Assembly: GCA_976226885.1 (NCBI GenBank)
Contig: OZ320316.1
Coordinates: 58,094,001 to 58,158,000 of the forward strand
Direction of reading: 5' to 3'
DNA from: Iphione sp. A-MEVVRFRX5
Taxonomy: Eukaryota
DNA: 64,000 nucleotides
Shown here: positions 39,301-53,905 of the stretch, piece after piece
How the letters are laid out: each line of letters starts with the position of its first letter
How positions within the stretch are numbered: the stretch's first letter is position 1
Position numbers and translations under genes: made by a program
The notes under the pieces: model-generated
What the model saw: only the letters and a program-made list of their open reading frames with translations
Told to the model about the DNA's origin: nothing
The model's database searches: none

Positions 39301-42300
39301 TGATGTATTTAACAGTGACTGTCGCGGCCTAACAAACGAGGCTATCACTCCTACGACTATTACTTACACAGTCACATACTATCTGTCACCCTCTTCCTGT
39401 ATTTCCCTGCCACTTAGGCCTTATTTATTCACTATCTCATGCGCTTCTTGCAATTTCTCTTTTCCCTGACAGGTTTCCATCCCCACTCGGTGTTTTCCGG
39501 TTGTCCCTCCAAAACAACTCATTATCAAATCCCATTCTTAAAAACAAAACAGGTAAACATTTGGATATCGTTTGAGAAGGTATGACTTTTGTAACTTACA
39601 TTATATTATATATTTTCATCATGTAATTATTGCTCCCTAAGAATGAGTAAATTTATTCTATTATCTCAGTCGTAGTACAATGTATCCTGAATTGAAGTTT
39701 ATACGGGCCTAACAGCATTGTACTGTAGATCCCCTTTCACTGTGACCTGCATCCAGACTTATACAGTCGCTCCCCTGATGTAAACATGCTACCCCTATCC
39801 ATGTACAGATCAGCGTTCCATTTTCCAATATGTTTACCTGGACATACTAACCCACCTCTAGTGTTTCCACTGGAGGATTGTCTCTCCAGCTATTGGCGTT
39901 GTAGTAGTCAATAACATTACAGCGAACCTTGTCACGAGATCAACAGCCTGCAATGCTGCAGCATAGTTTTATTGAAAGAAACACTATTCGAATGGTTCAA
40001 GAAATGGCAAGCATTGCGTTCCAGTAAGTTCTTTGGGTTAATCCATTTAAGGATAATGAATTATGTGTGCTACAACGTTTGACCTCACGTTTCATCAAAC
40101 ATTTGCAGTAGACAGGCTGCCAATGACTACATACTTGGAAATGATGAAAATATCTCTAAGAAATAGGTTACGTTATACGCGACTTTGGAGCCCAGTTCAT
40201 TTGCATATCACGCAATGGATGCGTTTTTTCCCAACTCTTGCATAGCTATTTACATTCTATGAATTTCCGAAGATTTAAATGATAATACAAAGAGCACTTT
40301 ATTTACAAGAAAAATGTATAGCCTGAATTCAATATACATATTTTCTTGAGTACAAATATTGTTATGAAATATTTACCATGTTTAGATGTTACTGCTCATG
40401 ATAAAAATAATGTATCAGATTGATAAAGAATCTATGTCACTTAGGCATAGAAATACCTGCATTTTTTGCATGATTCGTCCTTGTTATATTATTCGCCTAC
40501 TTTTTACTACTGCCACCATTAACAATACTATTAAACAAATGTAAACTACATACTAAATGTTCAGCCAATGAAAACTTGATGTTTAATGTCTTAATCATAT
40601 GTCTAAAAGAGCAGCAGAAGTCTGAATAGTTATCTCCTTTATATATTGGACATTCACTTTCAATGAACGCTTTAGCATGCTTCAAACAAAGTCCTTACAT
40701 AAAGGTGAGAAAGGTCTCTGTATTACTGTAAATAGCAAGCCATGAGCAGTACGGCAATTTCGCCAGTTTTACCGATGTTAAATAGATAATGAAGACAGCT
40801 TCTAGTCACGAACCGTATTGCTAGTGTCTCATAACCAATACCATTGCAAGTCTGTCGATTCGACCGCTGCTGAATAACAGACAATGTTATAAGATGTTTT
40901 AGCGGACCCTTAGGGGCTGTCCGTCGCGCGTGCCCACCTCAGCCAAAGTCGACGTATGTCCCACAACAAACGTAAGGGCTTCTCCGGGAATCGATTCCAA
41001 ATTCAGGTCAGGCGCAGGCCGAAGCTGCCCAAGAAGAGCAGGCGTATTTTCAATTACCAACAGACCTGCTTTTTCATTAGGCGCAGGCTTCGTTGCCTGG
41101 CCGAGTGCCATCCCCACCCTCTGGATACTGCGGGTCCAGTAATACATTGTGGCCCGAAGGATCGTCATTAATAACTCGAGCCTATTGCTTCCATTATTTC
41201 CTCTATATTTTAAGTGGTCTTGCCATGACAACCAAATGAAGAGGTAAAGAAGCGAAGTAGGGTCTCCCCCAACCAAGCTGTCACCATTTTAATTTGCATT
41301 TTATAGCATAAAACAAATGCGTTCGCCTACCTTTCTTCTGGATGCAATCTCTTGTAATCTCCGGTCAGACGTCAAGATTTTTTGACCAGTTTAAAGGCAT
41401 CATTCAGTCAAGGATTCTGTGGTGCTTTGTGTGGTGCTGACTGGACGGGACCGACAAAACGTTCTCTGGTCGTGGGCGGAGTTTAGTAGTCCCGGGATGC
41501 ACTGTTAGGAATAATTTGTGTCATTGTCTGCGACAAATACATGTATGTATAAAAACATAGGAGTTCTGCCGTACACACGATCTGGTGCCTAGTAAAAAAT
41601 GCTAAGCATCTGATCCTACTAGAACAATGTTGCATGTGTGCCGGCTATCTCAGAGGACGGCGAACGCCACAATGTGTTGCTCCCCATGCCCGCGCCCCTC
41701 TTGGCCTGCTACTGCTTTCACCGGTCCCTTTACAGCGTCCTTCAAGACTTCGTTTCTAAATGGCTTCCTCGTGCACAGGGAGTGTTGTCACGCATTTCCG
41801 CTCCTGATTTACTCGTAAGACTTGCGTGTTTCAACGGTGACGATGGTGGCACGGCGTTGCTGCTCTGCGGTGGACTGAAACTTGTGAAATCAGCGAGTGG
41901 CGGGATAGAGTAACAGAAAGGCTGCGTGTCACCACAGCAGCAGCCGACGCAGCAGCAGTGGAAGTTGAGCTGTGTCGGCTGTAGTGTCTGTGAGCTGCTA
42001 TGCCAGCCGACGAGTCTAATGGCGAGGAGTGGCTCACCGAGGGAGAGAAGCTGCTGCACTCGACGTCCTCTCGGGCGGCCCTTCAATGTGCTTTGACAGG
42101 GGTGTTTCTTGAGGGATTGACCCTTTGATGCCTCCTGGGACCAAACCTAGGCCACATACTATCGGCAACGGCGAAAGCTATCGTTGTTGTTTCTCGATGC
42201 AGGGAAAGGTAGCTCAGTGTATGGCACAGGCCATGCGGTCTGCCCCCGTGTACACGTCCTAGCGACTAACCGATCAGCCCGGAGCAGTTCAGCTCATTCT

Positions 42301-44070
42301 TAGTAATGAAGCCACTCCCGCAGCAGCGCGAGTAGCTTGAGGGTCGCTCTGTCGTGATAGGTGGCGGGGTCTGCAGCAGAGGGCTTGGCGTCCGGCTGGC
42401 GCATCAGGAGCGCTGACCACCTCCGGAGACATGTCCTTCCGTGTCCCGGCGCCTCCGGCGCAATCGCGTCGCCTTACCTGCCTCGCCTCTGCTCCTCGCC
42501 CACGAGCCGGCGTTGATGGGGTGCTGTGGCGTTTTGATGTATCTGCCTGCATCCAGATCATGCGCGCGCTCCACTCGCGATCACTCGCTCCTTTTAGTGA
42601 CTCGCTCCCTTCTCAGCAGAGGACACCGGATGAATGGACTTGAGTCCGGCGCCTGCGCTCTGTCCCCTAGTTGGCCGCCTCCCTTCCGGAACTGGGAGGG
42701 CCGGAGAACGTGATATGCGAGGAGAGCAGCGGGAAGGGTCCCCTGGGACCGATCGGTAGCTATACTGTAGTCTGGCTAGGGCCCTACCGGCAGCGATGCC
42801 AGGGAACAAAAGCTGCCCCGCGTGATGGCGGTTGGCGCGGAAGTGAGAACCGGCATCAGCGCTCCCCATTTCTGACAGCAACAAACGCTTCCAGGTGGCG
42901 CTGTCGCCACCTGTCCTGCATGGCGATCTGTGGGATGTCCAATGATATATTTTTATGTAAATGTTCGTATATACATATATGTACAGAGGTCTTCGTCCCA
43001 TCTGTACATTCTCCCATTCCGCTTAATCCTCTATTACAACATAGGCACGCGCATGAATGTACGCTTTATGATTTACTCAAGCGGTCAAGTATTTCTCATT
43101 TCATTTTCTTGACAGATTATCATAGAGTACAGAACACGTTTCGTCTTCTTCCTGCTCCAAGTATTAGATATTGCTTGGACTTGATGATATGATGACTAGA
43201 CTAATGTTAACAATCATTTATATTTAGCATAGATAGATTACTGTCCTTATACACAAATACATGTAAATGCAATTTATAGTGTCAGGATTTTTTTCCTGAC
43301 AGCTTTGGTTAGGCTGGGTAGATGCTCCATTAATTAGATTTTTACAAGAGTAGTAAAAATTATTAGTCTGGCGAAACAAATAAACATAATGTTGATATAA
43401 ACCAGAGTTTGTTTTAACTCCTTTAGATATAATAAAACTAGATGAACAAGTTTTATAAAACGTTTCTCACTGGCTCGCCCCGCGGTACAATTAAGGAATA
43501 TTCGAGATTAAAATGGCAGTCTGACGGCCTCAATCAAAGTCATCACCTTGAAACAACATTACAGCTTTAATTCAGCTCACGGACGATAACCAGGACGGGA
43601 AATCTAATGATATTGAGCCCTATATATTATGCTTAATGACAGTATTGCGGTCTGCGCAGGGAGAAAACCGTGCACTTTGCTGGGAATGATCTCTAGACGG
43701 GCAGATACTGGCGTGTCAGTTCAATGACGTAATGATGGCGGTGGATAATCGCTGCTTGTTAAATGGACGATTGATGTCCTGTCCAACCCATGCAGTGCGG
43801 ACTACGGTTCCGGATTCAATGCGGCGGATAGCACTGTCTATAATTCATGCTTAAATTATTCAGTCAGACTGCCTGGCTAAACCCTTCTTTTAAAGGTGAT
43901 CATTTCATCGCCTTTGAAGGCAATTCTCTTTGTGAACACGGAGGTCTTGTTTGGGCGAACTGAACCGAGAGATTACTCATGAAACTGTACTGTATGTCTG
44001 CCCTAAGGTCTTTTCACACCGTGCACCCAGCACTGTTTTCCGCATGACACGTCCATCCTCTGTTAATGTT

Positions 44071-44185
44071 TTCCATCGATTTCCCCTCAACGATTTCTTG
44101 GTGCAGTCTGCCTTATATGGTGTGAGATACAACAGGATTTTGATAAATCAAGCAATAAATATTATAAAAAAGTGGATACGAAATA
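44071..44185 (+). mobile_element. THAP-domain-like trace
   Basis: VNVFHRFP ... KKWIR. FHRFP and W are THAP hallmarks, but the spacing is too long and the C/H zinc ligands are not recovered. Confidence 0.25.
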
Positions 44186-45060
44186 AACTTTAAATTACAT
44201 GTATTTCTGGTTTTAGAATTGTAACATAGACATGCGTGTGTGTATTATCTTTCCGTGCAGTACGATAAGCACATTTGATTTTCCTAACAATTACACTAAA
44301 TAAACATGCCATAGGTTCTACTTACAATACATAATGTGTATTTATAGGTAGTAGCAGCGGATTTACAATGAAAAACATTCGTACCGAGAGTTGACAACAA
44401 TGATAAATGACTCGAGAACATAAGCGTGAAAGGATACCCCTTGCAGTATCTTTTTGTCGACTTCGGGACCCAGTTACGTGTGCAATATATGACCTGGTGC
44501 GTGCTCTGCCATCCTCAATTATTCCCTCAGCACAAGCTGTTTTATCATGACTGTTAACATTAGCACTTTGTACATCGTGCATACATTGCTTATTATTTGT
44601 TGGTTTCCCCCCCCCCCCTCCGAGCTGTGTACATTTCTGGAGGCCGAGTTACGTCTTGACACATTTCTCATGCAAATATCTATTTCTCCTGATTTTGCTC
44701 TGACTGAGGTCGGCGCATACATAAAAACCACCATGATTACCGACTGGTAATACGTAGTAGCTTACAGTTAGTTATTATCGCTCTGAATCTGTAGACTAGA
44801 ATGTTCCGCTGGCTGCCAGGACGGATCAATCAGACGATCTGTGTCTCTGCCAGAGTGGGATCGGTGTTACGGCAGGCGGGGAGTCAGGCGAGCCAGCAGC
44901 TGTAGGGTCGGTCGGGCAGGGATCAGGGCCAACCCCTGCCGTATATGCTGACACATGTGACAGTCGGCCAGTCGTGACTGAGACATTGATCCACAAGTTG
45001 GACAGCAGACCTATCCCTCTGTCCGGAAAACAAAATGATGGATGACCCTTTTCACCGGTG

Positions 45061-45186
45061 AAACGCAAAGTACACCATCTGTTTTAGTCATTAAAAATAA
45101 AACGATTGCTGCCTGTGGCTAAATGGATGTAGAAATCGGAGAAGGGCATAGCACTCATACGTTTATGCAATCAACATTTTAAAGGA
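45061..45186 (+). mobile_element. THAP-domain-like remnant
   Basis: One frame reads KVHHLF*...AKWM*...IRLCNQHFKG, matching the THAP order H-x-F..W..C-x2-H-F. Two stops. Confidence 0.35.
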
Positions 45187-47349
45187 TGGCCCAGTTTTCA
45201 CTTAGCGAGCATGGAATTCTTTCTTACTTTAACGCAAGTGACACCTCTTGCTCAACAGCCCTCCGGCATTGATTTGTCAAATTAACACTGACACGTCGAA
45301 TTTCATTACAAGAAGCAAACATTAAATCGCAGAGTTCCGTGCGAGCATAATTCAACGACACTATTTCATAAAGCTGAAAAGTCCCCAAAGCGTCCTCGGC
45401 CTTCACTGAATCACCATAATGACAGACACTTCTAAAGCGGCCTCCATGAAATGTTCAGAATGTCAGCCTTCATCATTTCTCACAATCCTTCTATGTCTCT
45501 CCAAAGTAGGCCGACGTTCACGTATATGAAGAACAACGAAAAGTGTATCACCTTTTCCGTCACTGTTGCCTCATCCAGGAGAACCTGCCATACAAAGGAA
45601 TCATGGCTCAGAAACAAACCAGAACAAAACCCTTTCTGGTAATGTGTATTCTAACCCTGAGCTTGTGTCCTTGATTTCCCTGGTGCATTATGGTGAAAAT
45701 GCCGAACTAAACAGATTATGTAGAGCGATACATTGGTGGAACGTGTGACATTGTTTTATTGGGTGTCTCTAAATGTCAGAGATGACATGTTGTGATGTGG
45801 TCCTGGTCCAGTGGCTGATGGACTAGGGTCTAGGTAGGAAATAAAGTACTTCCACACATAATATCTGGCTCACTCCATGTGCAGAACTCTGCTGGATGTC
45901 TCTCTCAGAGTACAAGTGGAGAGTGTCTGTTTGTTCAGATGTCCAGCCTCTTTTATATCATATGGTTACATAACAAGTCTATTCTAAGTAACAGTTTATG
46001 CATTAACATCATGTTCTTCTAAGTTGTAGCTCCCATTCCAGAATATACCAGAAGGATTTACTGGAACACCAGAATACTAGAAGTTATTCTGATATTATTT
46101 ACTTGGCATAGTTCCATTTTAGCAGTTAGTGTGGTTATGATCTTTATTCCAAGCTAAGCAGACTTGCCTCCACTACAATATTAAAACTTGTTAGAAGTTC
46201 ATTTATTCTACCACAGAAACATGTACAAACTGTTTGTCTATATAATATTGCGTCAGACAGCTATGGTGGGTTCAGAGATTAACTTTTAATGCATTATTTG
46301 TCAAAGATACGACCAACTAGGTTTGTGGTACACATGTAATTATAATGCCTAGAGATTGTGTGTGTTAACAGCATGTACAGCTTTGATATTGATGTCGCTG
46401 TTGCTTAAATAAACTTTGGACTATCACGTGAGTAGTTCATCTCAATTCTGTTATATTTTGCTTTTCTCCAGCCGTATCCGCTTTTCCCACTAGACGCAAA
46501 GTCAAACGCCACTATGCAAAATCGTGATGGCTCTTTACCTGGACCTTCTGAACTGTCTGCATTTTGCATTTAATTTTCCCTGGTTGTACATGTTCCTCCT
46601 GCAGGAACCTATATCAATATTCTCAGAATCATTTTCCCCATGAATAGAAATTGCTTCATCCCTTTGTGCCTGTCGGGGATGAGGTCCTTTTCACAGAGAA
46701 GTATTGTTTAACCATGACTTTGTTTCGTTCGTTTTGCGATGACACTTGTATTGCTATAGTATACAGGTGTGTCAAAGAGAATGTCATGAATTATTATTAA
46801 TGAAAAAATGCATTTCCTTTCATGTTCTCCGTTTACTCAGACGAATATCACTCGTGTTATCTTCAACATTATCACCCCCAGGCAATACTACTCCATTGAT
46901 CAAACCACTTATACTGATGAAGGAACAATCAGTAATATATGAGGATAATAACAATTTTATAGTGCATCTAAGCAAAACACTGATTTTACACGAAAGTGCA
47001 TTAAGGTTAAATGTTCTAAGTAAGTGTGGCTCAAAAACATCTAGCTAGATTCCTAAAACGTGTGTCCACTATAGGACGCCACTAATTAAATGTAGCCAAT
47101 ATTGAATGTAAAAATAAAAGTTTTTCAAAGTGCTTACACGCACAAGAAAAGCATTACATGAAAACAGATTTGATAGGAGGAACAAATGCATCATGTCTGC
47201 TTGATTTAAATATGTGGTAAAAGAGGTATTGAGGAGTCAATTTAACAAATGTCAGTAATCTGTAGGACAACTTTCACGACAAGGAATGCATAGTGAATAA
47301 CAACAGAAGAGCAATAAGAATAACCCCGCAACAACAAGACATATATGCT

Positions 47350-47490
47350 TACTTTACGATAAAGACAGGCAGCCAACTTAAACTCAATGGTAGGTGAGGC
47401 TTGTAGAAATTGTAGGCCAGAGTGTATCAAGTGTGAATATTATCAGACCAGCAGCCAACGTCATGGCTTGGCGGACACCTCCAAGTTTAC
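47350..47490 (-). mobile_element. L2/CR1 ORF2 C-terminal remnant
   Basis: KLGGVRQAMTLAAGLI, then (shifted) YSHLIHSGLQFLQASPTIEFKLAACLYRK. Compare KLQ.VQN.AARLI...HITP.L..LHWLP...RI.FK....YK. Confidence 0.4.
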
Positions 47491-50400
47491 ATGTAGTGGG
47501 AGGACATACTAGATCTGGAGGGAGTGCTCCTATCTGCCAGTGATTTTAGCTATTATTTACTCTAAAAAAATTCAAATACTAATATTATGTAATATTGCAT
47601 ACTTTTATATTTCATTAATATAATTATGTTAAATTCTATCTTTGTCGACTTTCCTCCATCAAAACTGTTATGAAAATCTCATTTTCTGGCTGATATTTTA
47701 AAATAAAAAATAATTTTCTCTACTTTGGTACATCCAATAATGCCTCATATTAACATCAATGATGTCATTGCTGATGCTGATGCTGATCCACTATTTTGAT
47801 GTCACATGTCAGGTTCCAGGTTATGTAAAATTCATTCTTTTATATGTATCAGAACAAAATATACACCAACATGTATGAAAACACTTGCTAAACACGTTTC
47901 AAATTTTACGATGAAAACAATATTTAACCCTATTTCTATGCAAAATTTGCAAAATACTGTGAATTGGTTGGAATTTTCTTGGGTGATATAATCTCTTGAA
48001 CCCTACCTGCTTGCCACAGCAACCCAAAAGGAACCAACGGAATAATATCAAAAATAAAGTAGTACGCTGTACCTGTAAAACAATGTGTCATATGACATTA
48101 CTCCAAAACCAAACAAAAGTCCCCTGTCAGGAATCTCTCTCTTAGTACACCTTTAAGGGTAAAACCTTAAATTTCCTTGGTCCATAAGGGGCCCAGAATA
48201 TATGAGAGACAGCCAATCACTATGGGACACATCAAAGGATGATCTTGCAGGCAGTATCTCCTTAAAGTCTTGAAGTATCGGATTGCTCAAATGCTGCTTG
48301 CTGCTCAGACGACTGAGAGACGCCGTATAATGCTATCCGATGGTAAGTCCTACTTGGGCTTAGAATGAAGTACCTGGATAAGGAGGATTCCCGCTCATGG
48401 GAACCGCATGATGATTGACGTCAGCAGCGATACGGTGGACATTCTTTACTGGAAAAAGAAACTGAGCACTGGCCAGAGCCCCTATGATGTTTGTAGCTGA
48501 CAGTCGTGATGGTGGAAGGCAATGGCTGTAGTGGACGTAAATGTGGACGCATAACCAGTCTCTACTCACGATTCTCGAGAAGAATTAAAAGTTTGATGCT
48601 TCATGGTTTATTGTTGGTAGGTTGACTGATGATTCGCACAGCTAAATATCCTAGCTCCGGAAAAACCACGGGAGCAGGTAGATGCAGAGAAAAGACTGGT
48701 TCTCGTGGTCCAGGAGCCAAGCGTCAACGCCAACGGATGCCAAACCAGGAATCACCAAGGAAATAATAGTTATTGCCGACAACGAGAGGTCTTCATGCTC
48801 TTAGTGGCTGCCAGGTGCTGAGAAATAGTGTAGTTTCAGTCACGTACTTCAGGGTAATGGCAGCAGCATGAATTGTCCTTGTCGATGAATGTCCTCTTAT
48901 GGTGGACCATCTGTTTTCGCGTCGGAATAACTTTCTTAGGTAGAAAAACACCACTACCACTGGTACTCGTAAAATAAGCTCACAGACTAGGCGCAGTTGG
49001 TCAGTTAAAGGTTTCCATGTTTTGTCCAACGGAGACTGCTCTGGTGCCATAACCAGATCTGTGAGCCGAAAAGGTCCCAAAGCCACCGAGTCTACAGATC
49101 ATGGATGCCGATGCCTTTTATCTATAATTGCTGTAGATGAACTACCTAATGTGGAGGATGCTGTCGGGAAGGAGTGGACAGTCAGTTATTTGTCGTAGTG
49201 ATGAGTGAGGTACACGACTGTAAGCGCATCCTACAACATCGATGGAACCAATATAGCCAAAAGATGTTTTCCTAGGTTAAGATAGTGTCGGTAAAAATGT
49301 CCAGATGATTCTGAAATGTCTTACACCGTTTGTTTTCTTACAACAAAGTGTTCTTATTATGAGAAATTATCTTAAAATGTTCATATTTTTCTTATGAGTC
49401 TTGATTTATTATGATGGACAAAATCGCTTTTTTATGATATGTGGAAAAAACGACACTCAGTGGCAAAAAAAATTCACTCTATTCTTGTTGTGTCATTCCT
49501 GTGTTACCTGGAAACAGCGAAAGCGATGCCATAGGTAACCTTGACAGTAAGTGCAGTACCTTCACAAATGTGCCATGATTGTGTTAGTAAATGCTGGGGC
49601 AGTTGACAGTTGCAACCACATTGAATTGTTGCCGGATCAAAGACTGAACAGAGGCTGCAGGGATTCTGGAATAATGGACGGTTGATCCACGTGTACCCCA
49701 GCAGGTAGCTGTGGCTGGGAAGTGGCGGCACCACTGCCTTTGGTACCCCCGCAGTGACTGTAGAGAGGAGTATAGCTATACGCCTTAAGAGTGGCAGTTA
49801 CCTGAGCTTCCTCCCTTTCTTGTCAGCAAAGGACTCCCGTGGATAATATGTCCCCGAGTTGGCGTTGAACGGGTTTTGACAGCCGGTCCAACGCTGTTGA
49901 ATATTGACGGAGGTGCAAGAAGATGAGAGGTTAAAACAATGAGAATTATGGAAACCTGTCAACGAGTCTCGGGGTGCAGTACTCTCTGAATGGTCATCCC
50001 CCTCTTCGCTCCTTTCCATAGTTTTGTTTCATTCATTAAAGGTTGAGGTGGCGGTGGTGGGGAATATCCGTTGGGGGGGGGGGTATTTTCTATACCATTT
50101 AGATGTTCCTTTGATTAAAAAATAACAGCGCTTGCCACAAATCACTCGGTTCGATGTACCTCTAGGACTGTAACACTGCCTGTATCAATACTTCTTCCCG
50201 GGCATAAAGAGTAAGGAGGATGGCGAACTTCAAGATGCTGCCTCATTTCCTACTCCGGATATAACTGAAAGGCTATACCATTAGATGCCCGTCAAAGTCA
50301 CTCAGACTCCTACAAATCTTGTTGCTCTCCCTGTCCTTTATTTTCTCTAGAGAAAAACTGTATCGCACATTTGTTATAGCACCAGTCATACACATGCTAA

Positions 50401-51742
50401 ACACCTAAGCGTGGAGCTATTCTCCTCCTGCAGTGTGACAACATAATGATGCTGGATGCTGTCATCTTCTTTTTCCCCATCAAGGCTGCTACAGTGGTTA
50501 CATCCAAGCCTGCAGCACTGACTCAAGGTATGCATGCTACGACTTTCTTGCGGATATTTCACTGTTTTAAGTTGTTGCCAACGATGAATCAGGCACACTG
50601 CAAGCAGCGGGCAGCAGAACCAATTCACGTTTCATGGTCAAACGCCGACTATGTTTTGGACATCAGACTACGGAATCCAGGCCTGTACTCATGGAAACAG
50701 TATTACGAAACAGTATAGATGTTCCTTCTGATACCGTGTTACCCTTACACGTGCATACGGGGTCCTGATTTGAAATCCGTCCACTTGGAAACGAGACCTT
50801 AAGTGGAACCAACAGCCATGCCACTCCCATCCCCATTCTAGCCTTTGATCTTCAATGTATTTTCATAACGTCACTTTTGATATACATGTATGTCCATAGA
50901 ACCGAGGGAAAATGCACCAGCGTAAACGTCACTATGGTTAACACAAGACGTATCTCCACATATGTGTGTAGCATGCTCCATGTAGCAGGGCTGCATGTAG
51001 GATGGTTTTAGACTGGGACAAGCTATAATTTTCACATCCACATTGCTGTGTTTACGCATATTTTCAACGGGAATTATGCTGATGTACAGGATGATACAAG
51101 GATCCATGCTACTTCCATAACTATTTGACCAAAGTAGAGCAGTGAACATGGCGTAAACCTTTCACAGTATCACAATCGTAAAAACATGCTGTATGCTATA
51201 TGCTAACATAGAAATTAGCATTACTCATATTATAGCATGGATTCATAATCAACAAAACAGTCAAGTCCATTCCCAGGTAGATGTGCCGATATTCGTCCAT
51301 AAAAAGGTCCAGCACGAGGTTATTTCAGTTTTGGGGCTGTGCTTTATTTCTATGACTTATTGAAACACAGGTATATCTAACCACCTAGGGAGATTTGCAC
51401 GATATTCGTGAAACTGCATTTGGTCACGTGACCTATTTTCCATTGAGACAACCGTATCCTGAAATGTTGAGGATATGAAAAAGAGGATAAGTTAAGCTTT
51501 CTAGAAACGGAAGAGTTAAGATGCTTTATATCATGTACCTCTACAGACTGGAAATCGTAATCCAATCAAGGACGTTCAGCATAGATTTAGTCATAAAACT
51601 TAAGTACAGGGCTCAGGTAATACATATATTTATATACAGAGACTTTCCAAAAGCGAACGATTTTGGCGGAAACGGCGATCGGATAATTCGGATTTCGAAT
51701 AGTGGCCTCAGGCCACTGCCAATTTCAATCAGTTAGGGGGGC

Positions 51743-51798
51743 TATATATATATATATAGTACATATATATAGAGAGAGAGGGGGGAGAAAGAGAGAGA
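51743..51798. repeat. (TA)n followed by (GA)n simple repeat
   Basis: Directly visible. Confidence 0.9.
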
Positions 51799-52304
51799 TA
51801 CGTGTCTGTAACAAAACAACACTGGACAAATATTATGATAGATGACTGAGGCGGAGAAACATGTAACATGCTCTTAAATAGGTATTGGAGGGGAGAGTGC
51901 CCATACAGATGTGGCGCCCTCATACCCAATGACTTATCATATAAATGTTCGCCTAAGGAGAAAGATCATTCAGTCGTCGTGTTTCATTCCAATAGTCCCG
52001 TAATATTTTTAATTGTTCACTTTGTGCGGCATACATGTTCCTGTAGTTTAATTTAACACTCGTGGGTATGTTGCAAGTATAATTTTGGAATATTTTCCAA
52101 CTTCCTAGATGTCTTTGCATCCTGTATTGGTATGTGATGGGGATAGGCCTCTGCTCTAGAAGTGCTATCGAGTCAACTATAACCAGCCTAATGGCGCTAT
52201 TCCTGTATTTATGTGTGTTTACGCTGTTGCTATGGTGAGGACATCAAGGTCCCACACTCATAGATCTACTGTTTCTTCCATTTTAAGTGCAGTTGAAGTT
52301 CTTT

Positions 52305-52352
52305 TTCCTCCTATAACACAGTTTTGACAATTAGTCTCATCAGACGCTTATT
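52305..52352 (-). ncRNA. Degenerate minimal hammerhead-ribozyme-like motif 3' of the Penelope-like ORF
   Basis: Minus strand reads CUGAUGA-GAC-UAAUU-GUC-AAAAC-UGU-GUU: the conserved CUGANGA core, a 3-bp stem II, and AAAAC in place of GAAAC. Stem I pairing is poor. The position matches where PLE terminal-repeat hammerheads occur. Confidence 0.35.
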
Positions 52353-52504
52353 TCATACAGGTTTATGTCATTCTTGATTTGTATAAGTTTCAGCAATGAT
52401 CAATCGGAAATCAGATTACTATTAGTTGTAAGTGAGTTTTCTCCTCTCCCTGACGGAAGTTATGGATGAAAATTTATAACGAGGTGGGCATCACTGTTGG
52501 AACT

Positions 52505-53905
52505 CTCCATAAGAACACTCATACCATAGGGTGGTTACGGTTCGTAGTTTGTGTATCCATTTTTGTTCTAATCTCGTTCATATTTTCTTTGAGTCGCCAT
52601 TCTTGGGCAATAGGTGAATGGATTCTAAGACACGTATCATCTATGCTGTGGTTAACAGAATTTAAAATGTTCTGCTATTAGGCTCTTCTTCGGCTTTTTG
52701 CCTGATGCCAAAGAAGTTATTCTTAAGTCTGTCCTTCACTCTCAGTTTGGTCTGGCCAATATAACTACTTTTGCTTTTCTTGCAAGTTAGTGCATAGTTG
52801 GCATGGCTGCTGTTGCATGAGCTTTTCTCTTTGCTTCATATTTTCGTTCTGCGGTTAGCAATCTTATCATTAGTGTTTATTTTGGGGCAAAACCTGCATT
52901 TGGTATTCTCACAGTTGTTCTCTTTGCCTGTCTTGTTTTTGGGGTTCGTATTCTAGAAATCTGGCTCTGACTGAATGGTTACTCAGGTTCTTTGGTCGTT
53001 TGCAGGCAACAATAATGTCTGCTAGCGGTTTCGTAGTTTTGGATTTTTTAGGTACTCAAAGTTTTTCCTTACCATTGTTTCTACTTCAGCATTTTCTGGG
53101 TGTTATCTTGTGATAAAACTATGTGTAACTTTTTGCCTTATATAGGCTATGTCTGATAGAGTCTCTGTTTTTACTGCAAATCCTTCTTATCTTGAGAAAT
53201 CGGCTATATGGGATATTTTCCATGTTCAAGGGATGCGCTGATGAAAAATGTAAAATACTGTTCACATCAGATTCTTTTGTATAAAGGTCTGTCTGTATCT
53301 CTCCTATTTTTGTACGCTTCACTTTTGTATCCAGAGAGTCTACTTCTTTCTTGGATTTGTTTACTCTGAAGAAGATATTGGGAGAAGCCACTTGTAGGGC
53401 GTGTATGAATTCATCCGGTTTATCTTCTCCATGTGGCCATAAGAGAAATATATCATCTCTAAACCTAATGTACAGACTTGGTTGTAGAACCTGTGTGTAA
53501 ACATGCTTCTCCTTGAAGTCCCCCCATGAAAATATTCATGTATGAGGGGGCAACGCTTATTCCCATAGCTGTTCCTCCTACTAAAAGGTATTCTGTGCCA
53601 TTATATTCAAAATTAATTATCGCAAAAGATATTTTCTAATAATGTGCATATGTTTCATTGCTTGGTTTCACTGTGTTGCCATAATCGTTGACCCATTCTT
53701 TCCTAACAACTTCCAGGAATTTTTCACTGGTTATGTTTGTACATAATGAAGTCACGTCTAGGGTAACTAGAATGTCACTATCTGTTGTTTCTATTTGTCC
53801 CAATTTTAGAAGGAAATCTCTCATGTCTGTATGATCTCTGTCATTCTGCCAATGGCCTTAGGTATTGATCTAACCATGGTGATATTTTTTTCTGTTACAC
53901 ATTTT
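52505..53905 (-). mobile_element. Penelope-like retroelement (Neptune-type): RT, Cys-rich linker and GIY-YIG endonuclease, pseudogenised
   Basis: In order across several frames: TEKISPWLDQYLRPL, DFLLKL, LVTLDVTSLCTNI, GTAMGISVAPSYMNIFM, RFRDDIFLLWPHG, SLDTKV..TDLYTK..LHFSSAHP..IPYSRFLKIRRICS, IVACKRPKNL, CENTKCRFC, CNSSHANYALTC..YIGQTK, AEHF, RLEQKWIHKLRT. These match the canonical PLE motifs. Confidence 0.87.

Noticed and set aside
42892-42913. CTCF-like AGGTGGCGC core
   Set aside because: The 5' half of the consensus does not match, and there is no independent evidence.
49520-49770. VTAGVP (cf. GVPQG) RT motif on the minus strand
   Set aside because: It needs an invented frameshift, and there is no YADD at the right distance.
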